From: Gammaproteobacteria bacterium | Lineage (GTDB): Bacteria; Pseudomonadota; Gammaproteobacteria; GCA-001735895 | Assembly (NCBI GenBank): GCA_050295575.1 | Contig: JBNKPX010000003.1 | Location: forward strand, 3,064-67,063 | Length of the DNA stretch: 64,000 nucleotides | Reading direction: 5' to 3' | Shown here: piece by piece, positions 47,191 to 56,457 of the stretch | Layout: each line of letters starts with the position of its first letter | Position numbering within the stretch: the stretch's first letter is position 1 | Made by a program: the position numbers and the translations under genes | The notes under the pieces: generated by a model | Told to the model about the DNA's origin: nothing | What the model saw: only the letters and a program-made list of their open reading frames with translations | The model's database searches: none

Positions 47191-47751
47191 TCAGATATGA
47201 CTCATCTCGACCAGAGCAATAATCTGCCCGACAGTATCTTCTACCGATTGATCATTGTTGATGTAGACACAGTTATCCATCTTCATCGATTCCAGTTCAC
47301 GGTTACGCTGAATACGTAGCTCGATTTCCTCTGCAGTTTCTCGACCCCGCTGAGTCAATCTTTCACGCAGAATATCTTCGGATACAGTGATCCATATAGG
47401 CGTAGTTTTGGCATAGATATGCAGTGCAGTAGAGAGGTATTCGCGCGAACCATTTACTATGACATTCTGCCCCTGCTTAACCCATTTTCGAGCTTCTTTA
47501 CCAATCGCATACCGGAAGCCATGTGATTCCCAGTCAAACAGGAATAGCCCCGCTTCCTTGCGCTGATAGAAGTCAAATTCGCTGAGTGCAATATGGTTTT
47601 CATCGCCTTCACGAACAGGTCGAGTGATATAGCGATGAGCAACCAGAGGTTGATGATCAGAATATTGATGTTGTTTCAAGTGGTTGAGCAGTGTATCTTT
47701 GCCGACGCCGGAAGGGCCGACCAGAAAAAAAAGTCTTGCTGAGTTAGACAT
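47191..47751 (-). CDS. phnN: Ribose 1,5-bisphosphate phosphokinase PhnN
   Basis: FFLVGPSGVGKDTLL...LVAHRYITRP...ENHIALSEFDF parallels E. coli PhnN. Confidence 0.8.
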   Translation of the reverse strand: MSNSARLFFLVGPSGVGKDTLLNHLKQHQYSDHQPLVAHRYITRPVREGDENHIALSEFDFYQRKEAGLFLFDWESHGFRYAIGKEARKWVKQGQNVIVNGSREYLSTALHIYAKTTPIWITVSEDILRERLTQRGRETAEEIELRIQRNRELESMKMDNCVYINNDQSVEDTVGQIIALVEMSHI

Positions 47752-47938
47752 AGGTAAATTACCGTTTGGCTTTGGTTGTTTGAATTATTAAGGTCGAGCT
47801 CAGGGTGGTGATTACTGAGGTGTGCATTATAGTCAGAATGCATTATTTTAGGTCAAATATGTGACAATATGATTAAAAAGTTGCACTAAGCAATCGCTCG
47901 GTTCAAACTATCGAAAAACTATAAACAGTACCTATCCA

Positions 47939-48706
47939 TTGAATTCAGCTGCAATATCAATTACCGATCTGCATAAATCATTTGGTCAGATTGAAGTATT
48001 AAAAGGGGTTTCTTTAAATGCCCATAATGGAGATGTGGTCTCTATTCTAGGTAGTAGTGGCTCCGGCAAAAGTACCTTGCTGCGTTGTATCAACCTGCTA
48101 GAAATCCCCACTTCCGGTAAAATCTCTATCGATGGCGAAAGCCTCAATCTGATTACCAATAAACGGGGTGAGGTTGTGCCGGCTGATATGCGCCAGATAG
48201 CCCGTATCCGTGCGCGATTATCGATGGTTTTCCAAAGCTTTAACCTGTGGGCTCATATGACGATTCTTGAAAATATCATCGAAGCTCCAGTGCATGTCTT
48301 GAAAAAAGATAAGAAACAGGCCATTGATGAAGCTAGAGTATTGCTCGAGAAAGTCGGTATCTCTCAAAAAGCCGATGCCTATCCTGCAGAGCTTTCCGGT
48401 GGTCAGCAGCAAAGGGTTGCGATAGCCAGGGCGCTGGCAATGGAACCGCAGGCAATGCTGTTTGATGAACCTACTTCAGCGCTTGACCCTGAGCTGGTCA
48501 GTGAAGTGTTATCCGTTATGCGACAACTGGCCGACGAAGGCCGAACCATGATTGTAGTAACTCACGAAATGGGATTTGCGCGCGAGGTATCGGATAATGT
48601 GATTTTCCTGCATAACGGGAAAATCGAAGAGCAGGGAGCCCCCGATCAGGTTTTTAACCATCCAACTTCAGAACGGTTTAAGCAATTCCTATCCAGTGGA
48701 TTGTGA
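47939..48706 (+). CDS. hisP: Basic amino acid (His/Arg/Lys/Orn-type) ABC transporter ATP-binding protein
   Basis: Walker [10 protein letters not shown], signature LSGGQQQR and Walker [15 protein letters not shown] start. HisP-like length. Confidence 0.85.
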   Translation: MNSAAISITDLHKSFGQIEVLKGVSLNAHNGDVVSILGSSGSGKSTLLRCINLLEIPTSGKISIDGESLNLITNKRGEVVPADMRQIARIRARLSMVFQSFNLWAHMTILENIIEAPVHVLKKDKKQAIDEARVLLEKVGISQKADAYPAELSGGQQQRVAIARALAMEPQAMLFDEPTSALDPELVSEVLSVMRQLADEGRTMIVVTHEMGFAREVSDNVIFLHNGKIEEQGAPDQVFNHPTSERFKQFLSSGL

Positions 48707-48739
48707 TCGTTTAAGTAATCAACCAACAGGAGAATATCC

Positions 48740-49489
48740 ATGAAATTTAAAGTTACCCTGGCGACCTTGCTATTGGGTCTGTTAACAATTGGTTCTGCAC
48801 AGGCGGAGAAAATCCGTATTGCTACGGAAGGTGCTTATCCTCCATTTAATATGAAGGATACCAGTGGTCAGCTGACGGGGTTTGATGTGGATATCGCCAA
48901 AGCTTTATGTGCTGAAATGAAGGCTGATTGTGAAATCGTAGCACAGGATTGGGATGGTATTATCCCTGGCCTGCTGGCTAAAAAATACGATGCAATCATC
49001 GCCAGTATGTCTATCACGGCAGAGCGTAAGCAAAAGGTATCTTTCACTGATCCTTATTACTCGAATTACCTGCGCTTTATTGCTAAAAAGAACAGCGGTC
49101 TGACCGCCAGCAAAGCAGGCCTGAAGGGTAAAACTCTGGGTGCACAGCGTGCTACTATCAGTGGGCAGAATCTGGAAGATAACTATCGTAAAACCTCTAA
49201 CATCAAGGTTTATGATACTCAGGAAGCGGCGTTTCTTGATTTGAAATCGGGTCGTCTGGATGCGGTACTGGTTGATGCCTACCCAGGCTATGACTGGTTA
49301 AGCAAGGCTGAAAACAGTGGCTTTGATTTCCTTGGTGATAGTATCGATATCAACGACAAGATTGGTATTGCGATTCGCAAGGGTGACAAAGCGCTGGCCG
49401 GAAAATTTAACAAAGCCTTGCAGGCGCTGTTAAAAAATGGCAAGTACAGCAAGATCAATAGCAAATACTTTCCTTTCAGTATTTATTAA
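48740..49489 (+). CDS. Lysine/arginine/ornithine/histidine-type periplasmic binding protein
   Basis: Signal peptide. IRIATEGAYPPFNMKD...GFDVDIAKALCAEMKADCE...DAIIASMSIT is HisJ/ArgT-like. Confidence 0.85.
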   Translation: MKFKVTLATLLLGLLTIGSAQAEKIRIATEGAYPPFNMKDTSGQLTGFDVDIAKALCAEMKADCEIVAQDWDGIIPGLLAKKYDAIIASMSITAERKQKVSFTDPYYSNYLRFIAKKNSGLTASKAGLKGKTLGAQRATISGQNLEDNYRKTSNIKVYDTQEAAFLDLKSGRLDAVLVDAYPGYDWLSKAENSGFDFLGDSIDINDKIGIAIRKGDKALAGKFNKALQALLKNGKYSKINSKYFPFSIY

Positions 49490-49497
49490 ACATATTA

Positions 49498-49523
49498 GGC
49501 CGGGGTCACAAGCCCCGGCCTTT
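49498..49523 (+). terminator. Intra-operon GC hairpin GGCCGGGG-N7-CCCCGGCC followed by TTT (attenuating terminator or RNA-stability element)
   Basis: Read directly from the sequence, between the binding-protein gene and the first permease gene. The U-tract is short. Confidence 0.45.
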
Positions 49524-49530
49524 GTAGTTT

Positions 49531-50232
49531 ATGTTTGAATATCTCAGTTTTGGCGATAGCGGTTTTGGTGATGAAATTCTCGCCGGTGCCTGGTTAACAC
49601 TACAACTAGCCTTAGTCTCATTGGTTATTGGTATAGGGCTGGGTTTGCTGGTTGCTGGTGGTAAGCTATCCAGATATCGACTCGCCAGGACTCTGGCTCA
49701 TTTATATACCGAAGTTGTTCGTGGCATACCAGAAATGCTGGTGGTGCTGGTGGTGTTCTTTGGTGCTTCCTTCCTGATACAAACCATCGCTGCATGGTTT
49801 AATTATGATGAATATATAGAGGTAAATGCCTTTGTAGCTGGAGTGTTTGCATTAGGCATAGTGTTTGGTGCCTTTTCCAGTGAGGTTTTTCGCGGCGCAT
49901 TTCTAGCGGTTCCCAGAGGACAGATTGAGGCAGCTATAGCCTGCGGTATGTCGCCCTGGCAAGTGTTTCATCGCATACGTATGCCGCAGATGTGGCGCTA
50001 TGCCTTACCGGGGCTGGGTAATCTATGGATGGTGCTACTGAAAGATACCTCTCTCATCTCTATTATTGCACTGGATGAGTTACTTCGCTGGTCCAAGGTG
50101 GCCGCAGAAACTACTAAGCAACCTTTCACCTTTTATATCACAGCAGCGGTGATCTATTTATTGTTCACCATGATTTCGGATGTTATACGCCACCGCTTTG
50201 AGACGCGCGCCAATCGAGGTGTGCTGAAATGA
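49531..50232 (+). CDS. hisQ: Basic amino acid ABC transporter permease
   Basis: HisQ-like polytopic protein containing an EAA-type loop (IEAAIACGMSPWQVFHRIRMPQ). Confidence 0.82.
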   Translation: MFEYLSFGDSGFGDEILAGAWLTLQLALVSLVIGIGLGLLVAGGKLSRYRLARTLAHLYTEVVRGIPEMLVVLVVFFGASFLIQTIAAWFNYDEYIEVNAFVAGVFALGIVFGAFSSEVFRGAFLAVPRGQIEAAIACGMSPWQVFHRIRMPQMWRYALPGLGNLWMVLLKDTSLISIIALDELLRWSKVAAETTKQPFTFYITAAVIYLLFTMISDVIRHRFETRANRGVLK

Positions 50233-50912
50233 ATTTCGATCTGATCAGTAAATATGGGGATCGCTTCCTGGATGGTACACTCATCTCGTTAAAGCTGGTG
50301 ATCCTGTCTTCGCTTATAGGTCTGGTCATGGCCTTTGCACTAGCGATGGCGCGTACCTCAAAGCAGCGACGCTACTGGATGCCGGCTTACAGTTACATTT
50401 ACTTTTTTCGCGGCACCCCGCTATTGATTCAGTTGTTCATACTGTACTACGGGCTAGGTCAGTTTGAATGGGTACGCGATAGTTTCCTATGGCCGGTACT
50501 GGGCGATGCCGAATGGTGTGGCTTGATCGGATTGAGTTTGAATACCTCAGCCTATACCGCAGAAATTCTACGCGGGGGTATTAGAGCAGTGCCAAGAGGA
50601 GAGATAGAAGCCGCACGCTCATTAGGTATGAGTAGCTGGTTATTGAACAAACGTATTGTACTGCCTCGAGCCATACGCATCGCCTGGCCCGCCTATGGCA
50701 ATGAAGTGGTTTTATTACTTAAGGGTAGTGCCTTGGTTAGTACAATCTCGGTATGGGATTTGATGGGTGAAACACGTTCAATATTTTCACGAACCTATGC
50801 GCTGGAGATTTTTGTTTACGCAGCCATCATCTATTTTGTACTGACCTTTGTGCTGACCCGTGTTTTCAGATTGATAGAAAAAAGGATTAATCGTTATCTA
50901 ATCGCTGGATAA
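50229..50912 (+). CDS. hisM: Basic amino acid ABC transporter permease
   Basis: HisM-like, with the EAA loop IEAARSLGMSSWLLNKRIVLPRA. It has a 4-nt overlap with hisQ. Confidence 0.82.
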   Translation: MNFDLISKYGDRFLDGTLISLKLVILSSLIGLVMAFALAMARTSKQRRYWMPAYSYIYFFRGTPLLIQLFILYYGLGQFEWVRDSFLWPVLGDAEWCGLIGLSLNTSAYTAEILRGGIRAVPRGEIEAARSLGMSSWLLNKRIVLPRAIRIAWPAYGNEVVLLLKGSALVSTISVWDLMGETRSIFSRTYALEIFVYAAIIYFVLTFVLTRVFRLIEKRINRYLIAG

Positions 50913-50987
50913 ATTAGGTTGTTGCTGAAGCGTATCTTCGGATAATCTGTGCCGCCAAAATCGATGGCTACAAACCATTAATTTTGT

Positions 50988-51021
50988 GCTCTGAATAATT
51001 CATGGAAGAATTATTCAGAGC
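50988..51021. repeat. Palindromic element GCTCTGAATAATTC-ATGGAA-GAATTATTCAGAGC (14-bp arms), copy 1
   Basis: Read directly from the sequence. A near-identical copy lies at 62753-62786. This copy sits between convergent genes. Confidence 0.8.
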
Positions 51022-51083
51022 TTACTTAATTTAAACTTCCAACAATATGAGTTAAATACAGATGCTGAAGTAAAGGCCAAACT

Positions 51084-51674
51084 TTACTTCAGCTGTAAAC
51101 GAACGCCATTCGATAGCTCAGATAGATTGTACTCGCCGTATACACTCTTAACTGCGATATATATGTTATTTTTAGGCAGCGATTGCACTGCATTTTCCCA
51201 AACCGTATCCAACGGCGACTCTGGTGTTATCAACAAAGGCAGCATGGTACCATCCTGAAAATTTCCGTTGCTGCTCACATATAAAACATAACTAGTAGCA
51301 GAATTCGACAGTACAATTGTCGGCGCAGAGTGACGATAAGCAGTATCGCCTGTACCTGGAGATAGCAGCAAAACACCCGGTCTGCTTGCTGTTGAAGTAT
51401 TTCCTGCTGTTACATTTTCCTGAAGCTGGAGTAGTGTTGAGGACATCAAAATTTCGGTTTCTACTATCCTGTTAGCCATGTCTCCAATATTGGTTTCGGT
51501 TGTCAGGATTCTATCCGCCATTTCACCTATATCATTCCCTAGCGTTAGCATCGAGTCGTTAAGTGTAAGAATCATTGGGTCAGTTGTACACATACCTAAT
51601 GAGAATGTACCAGCTGTCGACAGCTGGGTATAAATAAGTACTGCAGTAACAATTAGAGTTTTAACCTGTTTCAT
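51084..51674 (-). CDS. Secreted hypothetical protein with tandem DIGEMADRILTTE / NIGDMANRIVETE repeats
   Basis: The ATG at 51674 is preceded by GAGG, followed by the signal peptide MKQVKTLIVTAVLIYTQLSTAG. No family was recognised. Confidence 0.5.
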   Translation of the reverse strand: MKQVKTLIVTAVLIYTQLSTAGTFSLGMCTTDPMILTLNDSMLTLGNDIGEMADRILTTETNIGDMANRIVETEILMSSTLLQLQENVTAGNTSTASRPGVLLLSPGTGDTAYRHSAPTIVLSNSATSYVLYVSSNGNFQDGTMLPLLITPESPLDTVWENAVQSLPKNNIYIAVKSVYGEYNLSELSNGVRLQLK

Positions 51675-51913
51675 ATTGATACCTCTAGTCTTGATAAGTG
51701 AATAAAAAATGTACATCTAAGCTTGCTAATCTGAAGCCCAGAAAAAGTTTCGAAAGTATAGATACACTACTTACCTTTTCCATTCAGTAATCGAATAATC
51801 AGGCCAACAACTAATCTATATTTATCCGATATCTGAATTTATATTTACTACTGGCAAAGCGTAATGAAATTAGTAAGTAAGATTAAATGTAGGATTGATC
51901 TTTCACATATGCC

Positions 51914-52192
51914 TATCTGCAGAGGCCAGGGTTTAGTGGCATAGCATGCCGCAAATAGATCGACGCCAGTACAATAAATCTGTTGTTACAATTACTGAAA
52001 CCCATCAATTTAAGAGGCGAACGAATCCACCAGCTGAAGGTGATCGATATGCACTACAACATGGTAGTGATTATTCATGATCAAGTAGGCTGTGATTGCG
52101 ATAGCAAAGATGTTGGGAAGTGAAAGTAATCGATCCTAAATCCATTGGCTTCGGTGTTCGTAATCATACTCAGTCTTCCTGACTTTAGGCAT
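51914..52192 (-). pseudogene. Decayed Y1 (IS200/IS605-superfamily, RAYT-like) transposase remnant
   Basis: Minus-strand fragments lie in different frames. They are MPKVRKTEYDYEHRSQWI*, then ...IAITAYLIMNNHYHVVVHIDHLQL..* (the AY-LM-NH-H-L HUH-type core motif), then ...YLRHAMPLNPGLCR* (compare YL..YI.LNPVRA). Stops and frameshifts interrupt all of them. Confidence 0.5.
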
Positions 52193-52501
52193 AATGCACC
52201 CCTTGCGTTGAGTCAATGGAATTTACGTAACCGTTGATCTATAGTAGTGTCAAACTTCAAAAAGAGGGTGTCCCCAAAAGATGTCCTGATTTGGTTTTGT
52301 CGCCTTTCAGTTTAGCCTTATTGCTAAACTTGGAAGGGGCTCAATGAGTATCAAGTACTTTAAGAATCTGGGGCTACCAGAGCTGGTAGCAAGATGAACA
52401 CAAAGAGATTTGAACCGCAGTGGTACGTGATCCGTATGCCCGGTGGTGTGGGAGGAGGGGTGTCGTGAGGCATCCGCCTATCCCGATTACACTATAAACA
52501 T

Positions 52502-52885
52502 ATGAACTACAGAGTAACATTAAAAAACTATAAGGATGACAAGTATTATCCAAGGCTCGTTAGAGTAGTATCTGAGATTATGGAGAGATCGAAAACGATA
52601 GAAACGATTCATGTATTTAACAAGATGGGCTTTTTATCTGACAAAAACATTAAAAAATGGAGAGCTGGCCAAATTTTATACTTAGAGTCAGTAATCGAGT
52701 GCAACCTTAGTAAAGCTAATCGAATTATTGCTTTACTCGGATTTCACGCCCATGATCTTAACCTGGGAAAATCCAGTAATCTTATAAAACGTAAAGGCAA
52801 ATATTTGCGTTACACAAAGTCAGGTATTAAAAAAATTGAGGAAAATTATGCTAAGCAGTTTTTTGTCATTGGGAAAAAGTGCTAA
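52502..52885 (+). CDS. Hypothetical protein (Lys-rich, AT-rich gene)
   Basis: 127-aa ORF in an AT-rich stretch. No recognisable motif. Confidence 0.35.
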   Translation: MNYRVTLKNYKDDKYYPRLVRVVSEIMERSKTIETIHVFNKMGFLSDKNIKKWRAGQILYLESVIECNLSKANRIIALLGFHAHDLNLGKSSNLIKRKGKYLRYTKSGIKKIEENYAKQFFVIGKKC

Positions 52886-52992
52886 CAAGGCATTCAAATT
52901 CGTTCCAGGCCTGAGTTAAAGGGGAATGATAGTAGTACCCTCGTGTGCTTGATTATCTTTCCGTAACTTTTTAAGAAAGGAACTATTATACA

Positions 52993-53316
52993 ATGAACCT
53001 TAAAACAACTTTTTTAATACTATGCGTGTTAGGTTTTTTGCTGCCCTTATCTCAGTTTATACCCTGGGTTGTTGATAATGGTTTAAATATCCCACTATTT
53101 TTTCAAGAGATATTTTCAACTAGAATTGGTGGCTTCTTCGGTATGGATGTAATTGTTTCTGCTGTAGTACTATTGGTATTTATTTTTGCTGAAGGCAAAC
53201 GTCTAAAGTTGCCTAACTTGTGGTTACCTATAATGGCAACTTTAAGTGTTGGAGTTTCTTTTGGCTTACCACTGTTTTTGTATATGAGGCAGAAGCAAAT
53301 TGAGAGTAAAGCATAA
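52993..53316 (+). CDS. Small membrane protein, DUF2834-like
   Basis: 107 aa with three predicted TM segments. The N-terminus ...LLPLSQFIPWVVDNG... resembles DUF2834 as I recall it. Confidence 0.45.
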   Translation: MNLKTTFLILCVLGFLLPLSQFIPWVVDNGLNIPLFFQEIFSTRIGGFFGMDVIVSAVVLLVFIFAEGKRLKLPNLWLPIMATLSVGVSFGLPLFLYMRQKQIESKA

Positions 53317-53403
53317 CAGGTGGCTTCTACGGATAATTTGTTCTATTAATTCTAATAGATGAAAGACGGAATTTTAGATAACTATAACTCTCGGGAGGAG
53401 TAA

Positions 53404-53922
53404 ATGACTCTGGTATGGCGTGAGCAAATGAGTGTGCACAATAGCCTTATTGATAAGGAACATAAATACCTGATCGATCAGATCAATTCGCTTGAGGTGG
53501 CAATTAATACACATGATAACCATGACCTCCTGCTCGAAATTCTGAATCATCTGGTGGACTATACAAAAACTCATTTTGAGCATGAAGAGCTTATCCAGCA
53601 AAAGATCAACTACCCTGAAATATCCCAGCATAAAGAAGAACATCAAAAACTGATCAAAGAGCTTAGCGGTATCAAAGCCAGGCTAGATGAGATTCTGTTA
53701 AGTGATGAACTGGTTGAAACGCCGCTGGAAGAAGGTGATGTTACCGACGATGAAATAAACGATCTGCTATCTGATGATGTCCCAGATGAGCCCCTGAGTA
53801 AGCAGGAACTGGAGCCTCTGGTTGGACTGATGCGTCACTGGCTGGTTGATCATATCATCGGTAGTGATCTGAAATTGAAACCCCTGCTATTAAAACATCC
53901 CGTTGATTTAGGACACCTCTGA
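53404..53922 (+). CDS. Hemerythrin-like metal-binding protein with an acidic insertion
   Basis: IDKEHKYL, HFEHEE, HKEEHQKL and WLVDHIIGSD supply the usual His/Glu/Asp ligand motifs. A ~40-aa acidic segment (DELVETPLEEGDVTDDEINDLLSDDVPDEP) separates the last two. Confidence 0.7.
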   Translation: MTLVWREQMSVHNSLIDKEHKYLIDQINSLEVAINTHDNHDLLLEILNHLVDYTKTHFEHEELIQQKINYPEISQHKEEHQKLIKELSGIKARLDEILLSDELVETPLEEGDVTDDEINDLLSDDVPDEPLSKQELEPLVGLMRHWLVDHIIGSDLKLKPLLLKHPVDLGHL

Positions 53923-53989
53923 TTGTCAGCGAACAACTTCACCGTGTCAGAAAGTGCATTAATTTGCTGATTGCTAGTTAGCACCCCGG

Positions 53990-54751
53990 TTACTGTTTTA
54001 AACGATAGCCGGTTTTAAACATCCACCACACGATGCTGGAGCAGATCGCCAGAAACAGTAGGATAACGCCGAGGCTGATAACGACATTCACATCAGAAAC
54101 ACCAAAGAAACTCCAGCGGAAACCACTTACCAGATAAAGTACCGGGTTGAATAGAGTAATGGTCTGCCACAGAGGGGGCAGCATACTCACCGAGTAAAAA
54201 GTGCCGCCGAGGAATACCAGTGGTGTGATGATTAATAAGGGAACAACCTGTAATTTTTCGAAGTTGTTTGCCCACAGGCCAATAATAAAACCTAACAGGC
54301 TGAATGAAACACAGGTAAGTATCAGGAACATAACCATCCAGACCGGGTGATCGATGCGTAAATCGACAAAAAAGGCTGCGGTGATCAGGATAATGACTCC
54401 GAGAATCATGGACTTGGAAGCTGCTGCCCCTACATAGCCCAGTATGATTTCAAAGAATGAAATCGGGGCTGACATGACTTCATATACCGTGCCGGTAAAT
54501 TTGGGAAAGAAGATGCCAAACGAGGCATTTGAAACGCTTTGTGTCAGTATCGATAACATCACAAGCCCAGGCACTATAAACAACCCGTAGCTCACGCCTT
54601 CAACGGCCTGTATGCGTGAACCTATGGCTGAGCCAAATACAATAAAATACAGTGCGGTTGACAGTACAGGTGATGCAATACTCTGGAACAGGGTGTGCCA
54701 GGTACGTAGCATTTCATATTTGTAAATTACTTTGACGGCTTGTATGTTCAT
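53990..54751 (-). CDS. yadH: ABC-2 type transporter permease (YadH-like)
   Basis: Six-TM ABC-2 profile with an N-terminus similar to E. coli YadH (...[16 protein letters not shown]). Confidence 0.75.
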   Translation of the reverse strand: MNIQAVKVIYKYEMLRTWHTLFQSIASPVLSTALYFIVFGSAIGSRIQAVEGVSYGLFIVPGLVMLSILTQSVSNASFGIFFPKFTGTVYEVMSAPISFFEIILGYVGAAASKSMILGVIILITAAFFVDLRIDHPVWMVMFLILTCVSFSLLGFIIGLWANNFEKLQVVPLLIITPLVFLGGTFYSVSMLPPLWQTITLFNPVLYLVSGFRWSFFGVSDVNVVISLGVILLFLAICSSIVWWMFKTGYRLKQ

Positions 54752-55674
54752 TTATCTGCCTGTACCAGGTTGACAAAAATATCCTGTAACGAACTTTGTG
54801 TTGTATTGAGATCTTTCATGGATAATCCGGCATTATGCATATCCTGCAATAGGGCCGTGATACCGGTGCTTTTCCCCTGAGTATCGTAGGTGAATATCAA
54901 TTCATTGCCATCGTTTGCAAGTTCAAGCGCATGTGAGTTTAGTGACTCGGGTAGTTTGTCGATGGGTTCCTTGAGCTCAATAATCAATTGCTTGCGCCCG
55001 AGTTCCTGCATCAGGTTTGTCTTGTCATCGACCAGTAACAGTTGCCCATCATTGATGACACCAACGCGATCTGCAATCTGTTCGGCTTCTTCAATATAAT
55101 GCGTGGTCAAAATAATCGTGACACCTGAATCACGTAGTTTGTTAACGATACGCCACATATCCTTGCGTAGCTCGACATCAACCCCGGCGGTGGGCTCATC
55201 CAGAAACAGAATTCTGGGCTGGTGAGAAAGCGCTTTAGCGATAAGTACTCTGCGTTTCATACCGCCGGATAGCATGCGTAGCTCGTTATCTTTTTTATCC
55301 CACAGTGACAGGTCTTTGAGTAACTGCTCGAGATAAGCATCATCCGCTTTTTTTCCAAACAGGCCTCGGCTAAAGCGCAAGGTGTCCCATACTCGTTCGA
55401 ATGCAGAAAGTGTGAGCTCCTGTGGCACCAGACCAATCTGGCTACGGGCTTGCCGATAATCTTCAATAATATCAAAACCACCCACGCTAACCATGCCTGA
55501 AGTGGGGGACACAAGACCGCATATCACTGAGATTAAGGTGGTTTTACCAGCGCCATTAGGCCCGAGCAAGGCGAGTATCTCACCCTCTTGGATATCGAGA
55601 TTGACCTGTTTGAGCGCCTGAAACCCGCCCTCGTAGGTCTTGCTGAGATTTGAAATTGAAATGATAGTCGTCAT
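54748..55674 (-). CDS. yadG: ABC transporter ATP-binding protein (YadG-like)
   Basis: Walker [10 protein letters not shown], signature LSGGMKRR and Walker [12 protein letters not shown]. The ATG at 55674 ([14 protein letters not shown]) is preferred over 55731. Confidence 0.8.
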   Translation of the reverse strand: MTTIISISNLSKTYEGGFQALKQVNLDIQEGEILALLGPNGAGKTTLISVICGLVSPTSGMVSVGGFDIIEDYRQARSQIGLVPQELTLSAFERVWDTLRFSRGLFGKKADDAYLEQLLKDLSLWDKKDNELRMLSGGMKRRVLIAKALSHQPRILFLDEPTAGVDVELRKDMWRIVNKLRDSGVTIILTTHYIEEAEQIADRVGVINDGQLLLVDDKTNLMQELGRKQLIIELKEPIDKLPESLNSHALELANDGNELIFTYDTQGKSTGITALLQDMHNAGLSMKDLNTTQSSLQDIFVNLVQADK

Positions 55675-55797
55675 GTCTGAATGATACGGTATATTGAGCG
55701 CGGATGGGTAATCAAGTCGATATGGAGGCAAGTATTTTTATTTCAATCGGACAGCCCGGTTTTATCCAGGTTCGATTGTGGTAGTCGCTGGAACTTG

Positions 55798-56457
55798 CTA
55801 CTCCTTTTTAAAGAAATTAACTAGAACTCTGGGCAGGAAAGTGACGCTTGCCAGCAGCGCTAAAGCCAGCATCGCTTTTTGAATCAGGTCTTCATGACTT
55901 GTTATCGCTTCGCGTCCTGCATATCCAAGGTAGGTAAAAGCGATAGCACCCGGTAGCATGCAGATGAAGCTCGTCATGATGTAGTGAGTAAACTTGATGC
56001 GTGTTAACCCTAATGCATAATTAAGCACGTTAAATGGAAACAAGGGCACCAGTCGTACAAAGGCTACAAATCGCCACCCTTCTTTTTCCACGCCATTTTT
56101 AAGTTGTTTCAGACGACCTGTGGCTTTCTGCTCTACCCAGTCAGCGGCCAGATAGCGCGCGATCAGGAAAGCCAGTGCGGCACCCAGGGTCGATGCCGTC
56201 AGATTATTAAAGCTGCCCAGCACTGGCCCGAATATCGCACCACCCGCCAGGGTAAGTAGAGATCCTGGAAAAAAGAAAACGGTTCCTATGGCATACAGTA
56301 GTATAAAGACCAGCCATGCCCATGCTCCAGGCGCACTAATGGTTTGTGTGATTGAGTCTACATCTATTAACTGGCTTTGCCATAGTGTGATTGCTATGAC
56401 TACAGTCAGCATGCATGCGATGATCAGGCGAATGATGTGGGTAAGACGCACCATCAT
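55798..56457 (-). CDS. TVP38/TMEM64 (DedA-related, SNARE-associated) family membrane protein
   Basis: ...FFFPGSLLTLAGGAIFGP... and ...RLVPLFPFNVLNYALGLT... are typical motifs of this family. Confidence 0.7.
   Translation of the reverse strand: MMVRLTHIIRLIIACMLTVVIAITLWQSQLIDVDSITQTISAPGAWAWLVFILLYAIGTVFFFPGSLLTLAGGAIFGPVLGSFNNLTASTLGAALAFLIARYLAADWVEQKATGRLKQLKNGVEKEGWRFVAFVRLVPLFPFNVLNYALGLTRIKFTHYIMTSFICMLPGAIAFTYLGYAGREAITSHEDLIQKAMLALALLASVTFLPRVLVNFFKKE

Noticed and set aside
47822-47844. Direct repeat TGCATTAT (x2) in the phnN/hisP divergent region, considered as ARG boxes
   Set aside because: The match to the ArgR consensus (TNTGAATWWWWATTCANW) is only partial, and I cannot score it without a matrix. 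Left uncalled.
52405-52418. tRNA T-arm-like string (reverse complement GCGGTTCAAATCTC) that could mark a tRNA or att site next to the islet
   Set aside because: No complementary T-stem, acceptor stem or anticodon arm could be folded around it. It is not a tRNA gene, and at most an unverifiable fragment.
51000-53400. Idea that the small AT-rich genes are integron cassettes separated by attC sites
   Set aside because: No integrase gene is present. The palindrome at 50988-51021 is not repeated between the small genes, and the genes lie on alternating strands. This is inconsistent with a cassette array.
53374-53646. 90-aa minus-strand ORF
   Set aside because: Antisense to the hemerythrin-like gene in AT-rich sequence. 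Shadow ORF.
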